Of a stretch of DNA of 64,000 bases, positions 52,660 through 62,259 are shown piece after piece. Each line of letters begins with the position of its first letter. The first letter of the stretch is position 1. The stretch is from NCBI GenBank assembly GCA_963695555.1, contig CAVOGR010000005.1:32001-96000 (forward strand), written 5' to 3'. The notes below the pieces were generated by a model that saw only the letters and a program-made list of their open reading frames with translations, had not been told where the DNA came from and made no database searches. Origin of the DNA: an uncultured Gemmatimonadales bacterium (lineage in GTDB: Bacteria > Gemmatimonadota > Gemmatimonadetes > Gemmatimonadales > GWC2-71-9). Position numbers and translations under genes: made by a program.

Positions 52660-54857
52660 CAATGGTGACTCGGCGCGAGTTCATCCGCGTGACGGCGGTG
52701 GCAGGAGGTGGTTTCCAGCTGGCCGTGGCACTCCCCGCCCGGCTTTGGCGGATGGCAGGAGCCCTCCCCACTGCCGAGCTCACAGTTTTCGTCCACATCG
52801 GCACCGACGACATCGTCACGATCACCGTGCCCCGACCCGATATGGGCCAAGGTGTTCGGACCTCGCTGCCCATGCTCATCGCCGAAGAGCTGGATGCTGA
52901 CTGGTCCCTAGTCCGTATCGAGCAAGCCGACCTGAACGAAAGCAGGTACGGGAGCCAGTACTCGGGAGGAAGTCACAGCATCTGGGCGAGCTGGGTGCCT
53001 CTGCGGCGGGCTGGTGGCACGGCACGGTGGATGCTGGTCGAGGCGGCTGCGCGCCGGTGGGGCGTGGGAGCCTCGCAGTGCGAGACCGGGCCGGGCGTCG
53101 TGCGCCATCCCCCCAGCGGCCGCACCGCCCGCTACGGCAGTCTCGCGGCTGAAGCAGCGAACCTCCCGGTTCCCGACGATCCACCGCTCAAGGATCCAGC
53201 CGAGTTTCGCATCATCGGTCACGCTACCGGCAACGTAGACGCCCCCGACATAGTGGTCGGGTCGGCCGTCTTCGGGTTGGACGTGGAGCGCCCCGGCATG
53301 CTGCGAGCGGTAGTCGCGCGGTCGCCGGTATTCGGCGGAAGGCTAGTATCGGTCGATCCGTCAGCAGCGCTGGCTGTTCCAGGGGTACGGGACGTTATCG
53401 AGGTGCCCGGAAGTACATTTCGAAGGCCACGCAACGAGCCCCTCGTCCCAGACGGCGTCGCCGTTGTGGCGGACAGCGTATGGGCGGCGCTACAGGGACG
53501 AAAGGCGCTGCGCGCGGAGTGGGAATCCGGCTCAGGATCCGCCGAGAGCACCGAGGCGTTCTGGGCGCGCTGCGAGGAGGCTGCCTCGAGGCCGGACCCA
53601 ACGGTGGTACGACAGGACGGCGACGTCGCAGCTGCCCTGAATGACGCAGCCCGGAGAGTGAAGGCCGTATACCGGCTCCCCTTCCTGGCGCACGCACAGA
53701 TGGAACCGTTGAACTGCGTCGCCGAGGTCTCACGGGCTGGGTGCGAGATCTGGGCGCCAACGCAGAATCCAGCTGGCGCCCGCGAAGTTGCGGCTGCTGT
53801 CACAGGGCTCCCCCCCGACATGATCCAGGTGCACGTGATCCGATCGGGAGGCGGTTTTGGCCGGCGCTTCTACGGCGACTACGTCGCGGAGGCCGTGTTC
53901 TTGTCGAGCGCCGTAGGTGCCCCGGTCCAAGTCGTCTGGACCCGGGAAGACGACATGCGCCATGGCGCCTATCGTCCGGCCGGCTTCTATGCGATTGAGG
54001 GTGGGCTCGACGAGGCGGGGAACATCGTCGCATGGCACGATCATCTGGTGAACGCGAGCCGGGACAGATCTCTAGGGATGTCCCGACCAGAACGATACGC
54101 AGGTCAAATGTATGAGTACGCGTTCCCGATGGGCTTCATCCCAAACGTTCGCCTCGAATACACGGAAGTAGACAGCGTGATACCCCGCGGTCAGTGGCGC
54201 GCGATAGAGGACTCGTCGAATGTCTTCGTCCTCCAGAGCTTCCTTGACGAGCTCGCTCGCGCCGCGGGTCGCGACCCGGTCGAGATGCGCCTGTCCATGC
54301 TGGGCGAGCCGCGCGGCGTACCCTACTGGGGCGGGACCTACGACACGGGCCGCTTGCGTGGCGTGTTGGAGACCGCGGCGGCCGCCGCGGAATGGGGAAG
54401 GCGACCCCCGGAAGGAGTCGGGCGCGGCATTGCCGCGAGCTACGCGAATAACGCGTATGTCGCCCACGTGGTGGACGTCGCGCTCGATGACGTGGGGGAG
54501 GCGCGTGTGCTGCGGGTAGTGTCGGCCGTGGATTGTGGACGAGTCGTCAATCCCAGCGGAGCCGAGGCTCAGGTCGAGGGGTCGATCGTCTTCGGGCTCA
54601 CGGCTGCCCTGTACGGCCGAATTACCGTGGATGGGGGCAGCGTTACGGAGAGCAACTATCACGACTACCCTCTGATGCGGCTCAACGAGACCCCACAATT
54701 CGATATCCACTTTATCGAGTCGCAGGCCGCGCCGTCAGGGATCGGGGAGGGAGCCCTGCCACCCATCGCTCCGGCCCTTACGAACGCCATCTACAATCTG
54801 AGCGGAGTCCGCATCCGTACCCTGCCACTGGCGGGACAGCAGCTCCGCAGAGCGTGA
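52656..54857 (+). CDS. Molybdopterin-binding large subunit (IorB-like), Tat signal
   Basis: TRREFI Tat motif; MGQG..AEEL; HAQMEP; GGGFGRR; AQVEGS; GIGE. Confidence 0.9.
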   Translation: MTMVTRREFIRVTAVAGGGFQLAVALPARLWRMAGALPTAELTVFVHIGTDDIVTITVPRPDMGQGVRTSLPMLIAEELDADWSLVRIEQADLNESRYGSQYSGGSHSIWASWVPLRRAGGTARWMLVEAAARRWGVGASQCETGPGVVRHPPSGRTARYGSLAAEAANLPVPDDPPLKDPAEFRIIGHATGNVDAPDIVVGSAVFGLDVERPGMLRAVVARSPVFGGRLVSVDPSAALAVPGVRDVIEVPGSTFRRPRNEPLVPDGVAVVADSVWAALQGRKALRAEWESGSGSAESTEAFWARCEEAASRPDPTVVRQDGDVAAALNDAARRVKAVYRLPFLAHAQMEPLNCVAEVSRAGCEIWAPTQNPAGAREVAAAVTGLPPDMIQVHVIRSGGGFGRRFYGDYVAEAVFLSSAVGAPVQVVWTREDDMRHGAYRPAGFYAIEGGLDEAGNIVAWHDHLVNASRDRSLGMSRPERYAGQMYEYAFPMGFIPNVRLEYTEVDSVIPRGQWRAIEDSSNVFVLQSFLDELARAAGRDPVEMRLSMLGEPRGVPYWGGTYDTGRLRGVLETAAAAAEWGRRPPEGVGRGIAASYANNAYVAHVVDVALDDVGEARVLRVVSAVDCGRVVNPSGAEAQVEGSIVFGLTAALYGRITVDGGSVTESNYHDYPLMRLNETPQFDIHFIESQAAPSGIGEGALPPIAPALTNAIYNLSGVRIRTLPLAGQQLRRA

Positions 54858-55082
54858 GCGGTTGCAGGCGACCATTTGCCCGGAACAGCGACCGAACGGT
54901 GCGACGACATCCTCATTGGCCCGACAGGAGCACGTCATGCGAATTCCCAGGTGCCCGTTCGTGTCCAATCTCCTCGCACCGATGTTCTCGAGCCGCTCTC
55001 CCCGATCAATCGTGATGTCGTGGCGACGGTGCGGAAGCAACGCGCGCCTCATGGCGACGAGTAATCAGAGATGGAGCCCGAT

Positions 55083-56234
55083 ATGAAACTCCTGCTGTTC
55101 ATCATTGTCACTATGTGGGCGGCCGTTCACACGACATCGAGCTTTCAAAGAGTCATTGGAGGCCCTGATTTCGACCGGGGAGTCTTTGTCAGCCCTACCA
55201 GCGACGGAGGCTACGTCGCGGTTGGCGTAACCAGAAGTTTCGGCGCGGGTGGCGAAGACATCTACCTGGTCAAGACTGATGCCACAGGGAATGTGCTGTG
55301 GACCCAAGCGTACGGTGGCCCTAAGGAGGACAATGGCTGGTCGGTCCACGAAAGCGCCGGGAGTTTGGTCCTCGCAGGCTTCACCGAGAGCTTTGGCGCG
55401 GGCGGATTCGATTGCTACCTGGTCAAGACGAACGGCGAAGGGGCCATGCAGTGGTCGAAGACGTACGGCGGCGTAGGCAAGGACCGGTGCTGGGGCCTCC
55501 TGCCTACGAGTGACGGAGGCTTTGTCCTCGTCGGGGAGACCACCAGCTCTGGCAGCGGGGCAGAGGACTGCTACTTGATCAAGACCGACGCATCAGGCAC
55601 CGAAGTGTGGTGGAAGACCTACGGTGGTGACAAGAGCGATCGGTGCTTTTCGATCGCCCAGGCGGACGATGGGGGTTTCCTCCTAGCGGGACAGACGTAC
55701 AGTGAGGGCGCCGGAGATCGAGACGTCTATCTCATCAAGACCGACGCATCAGGGATGCAAGAATGGTCGAAGACGTTCGGCGGGGCAGCCTCTGATGTAG
55801 GACACTCGGTGACCCGAACTACCGAGGGCGACTTCGTCGTGACCGGCTACACCACGAGCTTCGCCATCGCTGAGGACGATCCCTACCTCATCAAGATTGA
55901 CGCCACGGGCCACACTCTATGGACGCGTGTGATTCCGATGGAAGGAGTCAACCATACCTTGACAGGAGAGCAGACAACCGACGGTGGGTTCATCCTCGGT
56001 GGATTGGCCGAGTTTCGAGCGACAGGGGGAAGCGGAGCGCTCCTGGTCAAGACCGATGCAGAGGGCAATCTCGAGTGGTCGAGGGACATTTTTCAAACGA
56101 CGACCGGCGGGAGTGTGGGCTATACCGTCCGGGCCACGCCCGATGGGGGCGGCATCCTGACGGGCCACACGACCGAAGGGAGCGCGGGAGATGTGGACCT
56201 CTTCATGGTCAAGGTGGACGGCGAAGGCCAGTGA
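55083..56234 (+). CDS. Secreted repeat protein (probable beta-propeller)
   Basis: About seven ~50-aa repeats TxDGGF..G.T.S.G.G..D.YL.KTD..G...W..T.GG; N-terminal hydrophobic signal. Confidence 0.8.
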   Translation: MKLLLFIIVTMWAAVHTTSSFQRVIGGPDFDRGVFVSPTSDGGYVAVGVTRSFGAGGEDIYLVKTDATGNVLWTQAYGGPKEDNGWSVHESAGSLVLAGFTESFGAGGFDCYLVKTNGEGAMQWSKTYGGVGKDRCWGLLPTSDGGFVLVGETTSSGSGAEDCYLIKTDASGTEVWWKTYGGDKSDRCFSIAQADDGGFLLAGQTYSEGAGDRDVYLIKTDASGMQEWSKTFGGAASDVGHSVTRTTEGDFVVTGYTTSFAIAEDDPYLIKIDATGHTLWTRVIPMEGVNHTLTGEQTTDGGFILGGLAEFRATGGSGALLVKTDAEGNLEWSRDIFQTTTGGSVGYTVRATPDGGGILTGHTTEGSAGDVDLFMVKVDGEGQ

Positions 56235-56247
56235 TGAGTAGGCGCCC

Positions 56248-56670
56248 GTGAGAATAGGTGCTGGTCCCGCGGTTCTCCTCGTTGCCTCGACTGCTTGCAG
56301 CAACGCGGCACCTCACGATCCGTGCAACCCCATCGATCCGGTGCTGGCCAAGTCGTCATTTGTCGCCGTCATCGGACCGACGGCAGGTCAGCGGTCCGCG
56401 AGTCCCCTCCAGGTGCGCGGGTGCTCGCGGACCTTCGAATCCAACGTCGTCTGGGAACTCCGATCGCGGGATGGGAGCGTCCTCGCCTCAGGCCACACCT
56501 CTGGCGGCGGAGCCGAGGGAGCGGCGGAGTTCAGGTTCACTGTTTCGTTCACCGTCTCCGCACCGGAGCTTGGTCATCTGGAGGTGTTCGAACCCGACGA
56601 GTCGGACGGTGAGGGCTATCCCGGGGGGCGTTCCACCATTCCCGTCATTCTTCTGCCGAACCCCGAGTAG
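56248..56670 (+). CDS. Lipoprotein with Gmad2-like Ig domain
   Basis: Lipobox STA|C; SPLQVRG..RTFESNV..G.LEVFE. Confidence 0.7.
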   Translation: MRIGAGPAVLLVASTACSNAAPHDPCNPIDPVLAKSSFVAVIGPTAGQRSASPLQVRGCSRTFESNVVWELRSRDGSVLASGHTSGGGAEGAAEFRFTVSFTVSAPELGHLEVFEPDESDGEGYPGGRSTIPVILLPNPE

Positions 56671-56825
56671 ACCGCCGCCAGGCATTGGCAGTACGCGCGC
56701 GTGACGGCGGTTCGGCGGGGGCGGTCGACTTGGCTAGGTTGGGCCGCCCTTGCGTAACCCCAGCCACTTCTCACATTCCCCCTCGAAGGCTATTCACCCC
56801 ACTCCCAACTCCCGGTCACGATCCC

Positions 56826-57644
56826 ATGATGCTCCGAGCAGTCAGACCCGGCCAGGCCCCCGCGCTGGATGACGCCGACGCCCAACGGCCCAAAGCCCTG
56901 CCCGATAAGCCGGAGCGGCAGGCCCAGCTCCAGGCGATCCACCAGCGCATGATCGAGCTGCAGCGCCGGCTCTTCGCGGAGCGCAAGCAGGCCCTGCTCG
57001 TGGTGCTCCAGGCCCGCGACGCCGGCGGCAAGGACGGCACCATCCGCCGGGTGTTCGGCACGCTCAACCCGCAGGGATGCCGGGTCACCGGCTACGGCAA
57101 GCCGACCACCCGCGAGCTCCAGCAGGACTACTTGTGGCGAATCCATAGCGAGGTCCCGGGACGCGGCATGATCGGGATCTTCAACCGCTCGCACTACGAG
57201 GACGTGCTGGTGGTTCGGGTGCTGGGCTTGGTGCCCGAGAAGGTCTGGCGGAAGCGCTACGACCAGATCAACGAGTTCGAGCGGATGCTGAGCGAGAACG
57301 ACGTGACCATCCTCAAATTTTTCCTGCACGTCTCCAAGGACGAGCAGCGCCAGCGGCTGCTTCGGCGGCTCAAGGATCCGAAACGGAACTGGAAGTTCAA
57401 TCCCGACGACCTCACCGCGCGGGACGATTGGGACGATTACACCGAGGCCTATCGCGAGGCGTTGGCCACGTGCAGTACCGACTGGGCGCCGTGGTACGTG
57501 GTGCCGGCCGACAGCAAATCCGCCCGCGACCTGCTCGTGGCCGAGGTGGTGGTGGACGCCCTCGAAGGAATGAATCCGGAGTTCCCGCCGGCCGCCGCCG
57601 AGGTGCAGCGCTACGCGTCCGCGCTCGATTCCGCGAAGGGCTAG
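56826..57644 (+). CDS. ppk2: Polyphosphate kinase 2 family protein
   Basis: LQARDAGGKDGTI, FNRSHYEDVL, WKFNPDD, APWYVVPAD. Confidence 0.92.
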   Translation: MMLRAVRPGQAPALDDADAQRPKALPDKPERQAQLQAIHQRMIELQRRLFAERKQALLVVLQARDAGGKDGTIRRVFGTLNPQGCRVTGYGKPTTRELQQDYLWRIHSEVPGRGMIGIFNRSHYEDVLVVRVLGLVPEKVWRKRYDQINEFERMLSENDVTILKFFLHVSKDEQRQRLLRRLKDPKRNWKFNPDDLTARDDWDDYTEAYREALATCSTDWAPWYVVPADSKSARDLLVAEVVVDALEGMNPEFPPAAAEVQRYASALDSAKG

Positions 57645-58093
57645 AACACCCCGCTCGGGCCGACGATGATGTAGGTCAGGGAATTGCCGTTCAGGTACCA
57701 CGGGTTGGTGGTACCCAGGTTTCGCTTGACCGAAGCGAGCAACTTGGGGTCGGCCGTCGACATGGTGATCCCGACGAGGAATGCGACTCCGCCCCCACCG
57801 GTCAAATTGTCCCAGTCGAGGGTGTAATCCGGGCCCGCAAAGGTGAAGCCGGGGAGGTAGGGCACGAGCGCCGGTGGCGCCACGCCGGGGCCCACATCCG
57901 GCGGCCACATCTGGTAGTCCGCCCAATAGTTGAACGCCCCAACCCTGACCGCGTGGATTTCGCTCGCGACCTTCACGGCATAGGCCTGGCGCTTCAGGTC
58001 GATGTACTTGAGGATTGCCATACTGCTCAGCAACCCGATGATGATCATCACCATCAGGATTTCGATGAACGTAAAGCCCCGACGTCGCTTCAC
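57641..58093 (-). CDS. Type IV pilin/pseudopilin-like protein
   Basis: KRRRG|FTFIEILMVMIIIGLL prepilin cleavage/methylation motif. Confidence 0.85.
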   Translation of the reverse strand: MKRRRGFTFIEILMVMIIIGLLSSMAILKYIDLKRQAYAVKVASEIHAVRVGAFNYWADYQMWPPDVGPGVAPPALVPYLPGFTFAGPDYTLDWDNLTGGGGVAFLVGITMSTADPKLLASVKRNLGTTNPWYLNGNSLTYIIVGPSGVF

Positions 58094-58566
58094 GACCTAC
58101 CTCGCGCGGCCAGGACCTCGAAACTGTCACCCAGAAAGTCGCGGAAGACGTCGGTCGAGCCCAACGTGAGTTCCACCGAGCCAGTGGTCCCGTGGAGTGC
58201 AAATGCGTTGCCATCGAGCGGCTCGAGCCAGGTGCCCTCAGCCGCGGCGTGTGCCTCACTCAACGTTGCTGGCAATCGTCCGTATTGCGCCACGAATGAC
58301 TCGACTCGCATCGCCTGGGTGTACATGACGACCCGCAGATTGGCTTCCTGAACTGCCGGAGTGTCCGGCGGCAAGGGAGGAGCCTGGAGCCAAGCGGGGC
58401 GCGTGAGAACGGCATAGAGCGAGAAGGCCACCGTCAGCGCAAAGACCCCGGGCAAGAGTCGCTGGCGGCGACGATGCTTCGGTTCGCGGTTGCGGCTCCG
58501 CTGCAGCTCGGCTTCTGAAGCGAGCGCGTTCTGGGCAGCATCGAGCAAAGCCTGCTTGGTGTCCAT
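58090..58566 (-). CDS. Hypothetical membrane-anchored protein
   Basis: One TM segment; YGRLPATL; overlaps the pilin start. Confidence 0.6.
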   Translation of the reverse strand: MDTKQALLDAAQNALASEAELQRSRNREPKHRRRQRLLPGVFALTVAFSLYAVLTRPAWLQAPPLPPDTPAVQEANLRVVMYTQAMRVESFVAQYGRLPATLSEAHAAAEGTWLEPLDGNAFALHGTTGSVELTLGSTDVFRDFLGDSFEVLAARGRS

Positions 58567-58787
58567 GGCGCGTCGGCCGTATCCGTTTCGCCGTTCATCA
58601 GACATGCAGGGGCGTCTCCCTTGCGGTTCACCGGCCCAATGTAGGGCCCAAGGGGTCGGCGGGGGCAGGAGGTATGCCAGGCCTCCGTGGACCGAATGCC
58701 TGAGTATGGGGCTCCCCGGTGGCCGGTCCAGGTCTCCTGGCGCCCAATACCTGGCAATCTGCCACAACCCCGGGCGCGGTACGCGCC

Positions 58788-59165
58788 CTAGGCGTCGAGC
58801 CGCTCGCCCGCGAGAACTCGGGCGACTTGCTCCGGGAACTCGCGGACGCTGATCGGCTTGGTAATGTAGCCGTCGAACCCAGCAGCCAGCGCCCGCTCGC
58901 GATCACCGGCCATGGCGTGCGCGGTGAGGGCGATGACCCGTGTGGCCGCATGGGCCGAGTTGCGGATATCCCCGAGAAGGGCGTAGCCATCGCGCTCGGG
59001 GAGCTGAATGTCCATGAGGACCAAGTCCGGACCCTCCCGCTCCAAGGCCTCCATGAGTCCCTCGCCGTTCTCGAGGCCCGTCAGCGCATGGCCCTTGAGC
59101 CGGAGCAGGGTCTGGATGAGCTTCATGTTGTCGGGGTTGTCTTCCACGATTACAATCGTCGCCAT
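58788..59165 (-). CDS. Single-domain response regulator (DivK/CheY-like)
   Basis: IVEDN, LMDIQLP..DG, ALTAHAM, GYITKP. Confidence 0.9.
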   Translation of the reverse strand: MATIVIVEDNPDNMKLIQTLLRLKGHALTGLENGEGLMEALEREGPDLVLMDIQLPERDGYALLGDIRNSAHAATRVIALTAHAMAGDRERALAAGFDGYITKPISVREFPEQVARVLAGERLDA

Positions 59166-59323
59166 CAGGAATGCTCCCTCGCTGTGTGCGCCTGAGCCCG
59201 TGCGCCAACAATATGCTAAAACCGCGCCAAACGCATCTCCCTGCCCGCGTTGAGAAAGCATTGTCCACCACGTAGAATTCGCTGCTAACCGCCATCCTTC
59301 CGTCCCGACCGGCGAGTCCTCTG

Positions 59324-60154
59324 GTGCGTCCAGCTACGTTGGCAGTCATCGGCCTCGAGGCGATCGGCGTTTCGCTCGCCCGGCAGGCCCGCCGCGCGGG
59401 GGTTCCCCGGGTAATAGGGTATTCACCGATACCGGCGACGGCGGTGCGCGCGCTCAAAGCCGAGGCCATTTCAGATATGGCCCTCTCGCCGGAACAGGTG
59501 GTCCGCGACGCCAATCTCATCGTGATTGCAGCCCGATCGAGCGACACGATTCGCCTCGTCGCGTCACTCGCGGCCCACGCTCCGTCCGACGCCTTTCTGA
59601 CCGATGTCGCGAGCGTCAAGGCCCCCGTCTGCCGAGCGGCGACCGGCCACGGGCTCACCGAGCGGTTTGCCGGGTCGCATCCGCTGCCGCGAGCCGGTGA
59701 GCACGCGACCGATCTCTTTCGCCACGCCGTGGTGTACGTGTGCCCCACGGATCCAGTGCGGGGAGAGCCGGCGGCTCGGCAGATCATGCACTTCTGGTCC
59801 GAGGTGATGGAGGCGGCGCCAGTCTTGATCGAGGCCGAACGCCATGACCAGCAGATCGCCTGGACCCGCCACCTGCCGCAGGCCGTCTCCAGCGTCCTCG
59901 CCAAGACGCTGGCGGAGCGTTGCCTGGGTGGTATCTCGTTCGGGTCCGGCGCGCGGGACGCGACGCGCCTTGCCGCGAGCAGCCCGGAGGAATGGGCCGA
60001 TCTCCTCATGGAGAACGCCGAGCCGGTGCTGGAAGCGCTGGCCGAGACCGAACACGAGCTTGCCGGTCTCAAGGCGCTGCTCGAGGCGCGCGATGCGGGA
60101 AAGCTTCGGGACTATCTCCAACGCGCGGCCGATTTCCGGCGCGGTCTCGCCTGA
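59324..60154 (+). CDS. tyrA: Prephenate/arogenate dehydrogenase
   Basis: TDVASVK, GSHP, HD..IAW..HLP, RDATRLA; upstream of aroA. Confidence 0.85.
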   Translation: MRPATLAVIGLEAIGVSLARQARRAGVPRVIGYSPIPATAVRALKAEAISDMALSPEQVVRDANLIVIAARSSDTIRLVASLAAHAPSDAFLTDVASVKAPVCRAATGHGLTERFAGSHPLPRAGEHATDLFRHAVVYVCPTDPVRGEPAARQIMHFWSEVMEAAPVLIEAERHDQQIAWTRHLPQAVSSVLAKTLAERCLGGISFGSGARDATRLAASSPEEWADLLMENAEPVLEALAETEHELAGLKALLEARDAGKLRDYLQRAADFRRGLA

Positions 60155-61428
60155 TGAGAGTCTGTGGACGGGTGCAGGTCCCAGGTGACAAGAGTATCAC
60201 CCACCGGGCGCTGCTCTTGGCCGCCCTCGCGCGCGGAACGAGCAGCATTACCGGCGCCCTCACCTCGCATGACGCGCGCTCGACCGCGGCCGTGCTCCGG
60301 AGGCTCGGCGTCGGCGTCTCGCCGCTCAGGGCCGGCGCCCGGACCCTGGTCCACGGATGGGGACGATTACGCGAGGCCGATCGCCCGCTCGACTGTGGCA
60401 ACTCGGGCACCACGGCGCGCCTCCTGCTCGGCGTCCTTGCGGCGCACGCGTTTCGAGCAACCCTGACCGGCGACCGCTCGCTCCGAGCCCGGCCGATGCG
60501 CCGGGTGACGGCCCCCCTCACGCAAATGGGGGCCAGGTTCAGCGAGCAGAACGGCGACGGATTGCCGCTCACGGTCGAAGGCGGCCCACTGGCCCCTCTT
60601 ACCTATCGATTACCGGTGTCCAGCGCGCAGGTCAAAGGGGCGTTACTCTTGGCCGGCCTGGCGGGAGGCGTGGCGGTCGAACTGGTCGAGCCCAACGGGC
60701 GCTCGCGCGACCATACCGAGCGCCTGCTCCGCGGGCTCGGCTTTGCCGTCGGCCACGACGGCGACGCGATCCGGTTCGATCCGGCGGGCCGTGTCGAGCC
60801 ATTCGACCTGTTCGTTCCCGGAGACTTCTCCTCCGCAGCCTTTCTCATGGGGGCGGCACTCCTGGCGGAAAGTGGCGAGCTGACGCTCGATGGGGTGGGT
60901 CTCAACCCGACGCGGACCGGCTTTTTGGACGTGGTCCGTCGGATGGGAGGGAGGATGGAGTCGCTCGGTGCGACCGAGGCGCTCGGCGAGCCGCTCGGAA
61001 CACTCGTGGTGCACCCATCTCGGTTGCGCGCGACCGAGGTCGTCGCGACAGAGATCCCAGGCTTGATCGACGAAGTGCCCATGCTGGCGGTCTTGGCCGT
61101 GCGGGCGGAAGGGACGTCGGTATTTCGTGAAGTCGGAGAGCTCAGAGTCAAGGAGAGCAATCGCTTGGAACTGGTGGCGGAGAATCTGAGGGCGGTCGGC
61201 ATGGAGGCCGAGGTGTCGGGCGACGACCTCCACGTGACCGGGCGAGATGCACCGCCCGTGGGGCGGGTCCGGACCGCCGGCGACCACCGGCTCGCGATGG
61301 CCTTTGCCGTGCTTCGGACCCTCCCGGGCGCGCGCGTGGACATCGACGATCTCCGATCGGCCGACGTCAGCTTCCCGCACTTCGCAGATGTGCTCGCTTC
61401 CATTACCGGGGACGGCGCACATGGGTAG
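60154..61428 (+). CDS. aroA: EPSP synthase
   Basis: PGDKSITHR, CGNSGTT, SAQVK, RDHTE, RVKESNR, DHRLAM. Confidence 0.96.
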   Translation: MRVCGRVQVPGDKSITHRALLLAALARGTSSITGALTSHDARSTAAVLRRLGVGVSPLRAGARTLVHGWGRLREADRPLDCGNSGTTARLLLGVLAAHAFRATLTGDRSLRARPMRRVTAPLTQMGARFSEQNGDGLPLTVEGGPLAPLTYRLPVSSAQVKGALLLAGLAGGVAVELVEPNGRSRDHTERLLRGLGFAVGHDGDAIRFDPAGRVEPFDLFVPGDFSSAAFLMGAALLAESGELTLDGVGLNPTRTGFLDVVRRMGGRMESLGATEALGEPLGTLVVHPSRLRATEVVATEIPGLIDEVPMLAVLAVRAEGTSVFREVGELRVKESNRLELVAENLRAVGMEAEVSGDDLHVTGRDAPPVGRVRTAGDHRLAMAFAVLRTLPGARVDIDDLRSADVSFPHFADVLASITGDGAHG

Positions 61429-62143
61429 CCGCATCGTCGCAATCGACGGCCCGTCGGCCGCCGGCAAGTCGAGTACGGCACGCGCGGTGGCCGAAGCGCT
61501 GGGGTTCCTCCACCTGGACTCCGGGGCACTCTATCGCGGGGTCACGCTGGTGGCGATTGGCCCCGAGTCCGGAGGCACGCGGCCGCCGCGTGATATCGAT
61601 CCGACGGAGCTGGTGCAGGAGCTGGAGCGGCGTCGGCTCACCATGCGAGTTAACGGACCCAAGTTCAGCGTATACCTGGACGGCCGTTTGGTGGATGGCC
61701 CGATCCGGAGCCACGAGGTCACGCAATCGGTGTCGGAGGTGGCGGCGATCCCGCCGGTCAGAACCTGGGTCACGGCCCGGGTTCGAGAGCTCGCGGCTGA
61801 CCAGTCGGTCGTGGTGGACGGCCGGGACATCGGCTCCGTGGTGTTTCCCGATGCCGGCCTCAAGATCTTCCTCACTGCCTCTCCGACGACCCGGGCCAGG
61901 CGCCGCCTGCTTCAGCGTGGAGAGGGGGTATCGCGCGAGGGGGTGGAGCGGGAGGCCGACGCGCTGGTGGCCCGCGATTCGGCCGACGCGAGCCGGGACG
62001 TCGCCCCGCTGGCCCAGCCGCCCGACGCGGTCCCCGTGGACGGCACCCGGCTGAGCTTCGACGAGCAGGTGGAGGCCATCGCCGGCCATGCCCGGCGCGT
62101 ATTCGGGCTCCCCCCGGACGGGACCGGTCCGGGTGCTTGCTAA
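61421..62143 (+). CDS. cmk: Cytidylate kinase
   Basis: AIDGPSAAGKS, LDSGALYR, DGRDIGSVVFPDA. Confidence 0.95.
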   Translation: MGSRIVAIDGPSAAGKSSTARAVAEALGFLHLDSGALYRGVTLVAIGPESGGTRPPRDIDPTELVQELERRRLTMRVNGPKFSVYLDGRLVDGPIRSHEVTQSVSEVAAIPPVRTWVTARVRELAADQSVVVDGRDIGSVVFPDAGLKIFLTASPTTRARRRLLQRGEGVSREGVEREADALVARDSADASRDVAPLAQPPDAVPVDGTRLSFDEQVEAIAGHARRVFGLPPDGTGPGAC

Positions 62144-62259
62144 GTCTCGATTTGCCCGTTAGTTATTCCGGCTACCTCGATGTCGGCACTCCGGTCGGCT
62201 CGAGCCTGTCACCTTTCCCCGAAGTCAGTCCGCTTCGGGACGAAGTCCGGGACACACCA

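Noticed and set aside
59345..59370. TyrA Rossmann motif reads GLEAIG instead of GLGxIG
   Set aside because: A single-base difference in an error-prone sequence; cannot support a loss-of-function claim
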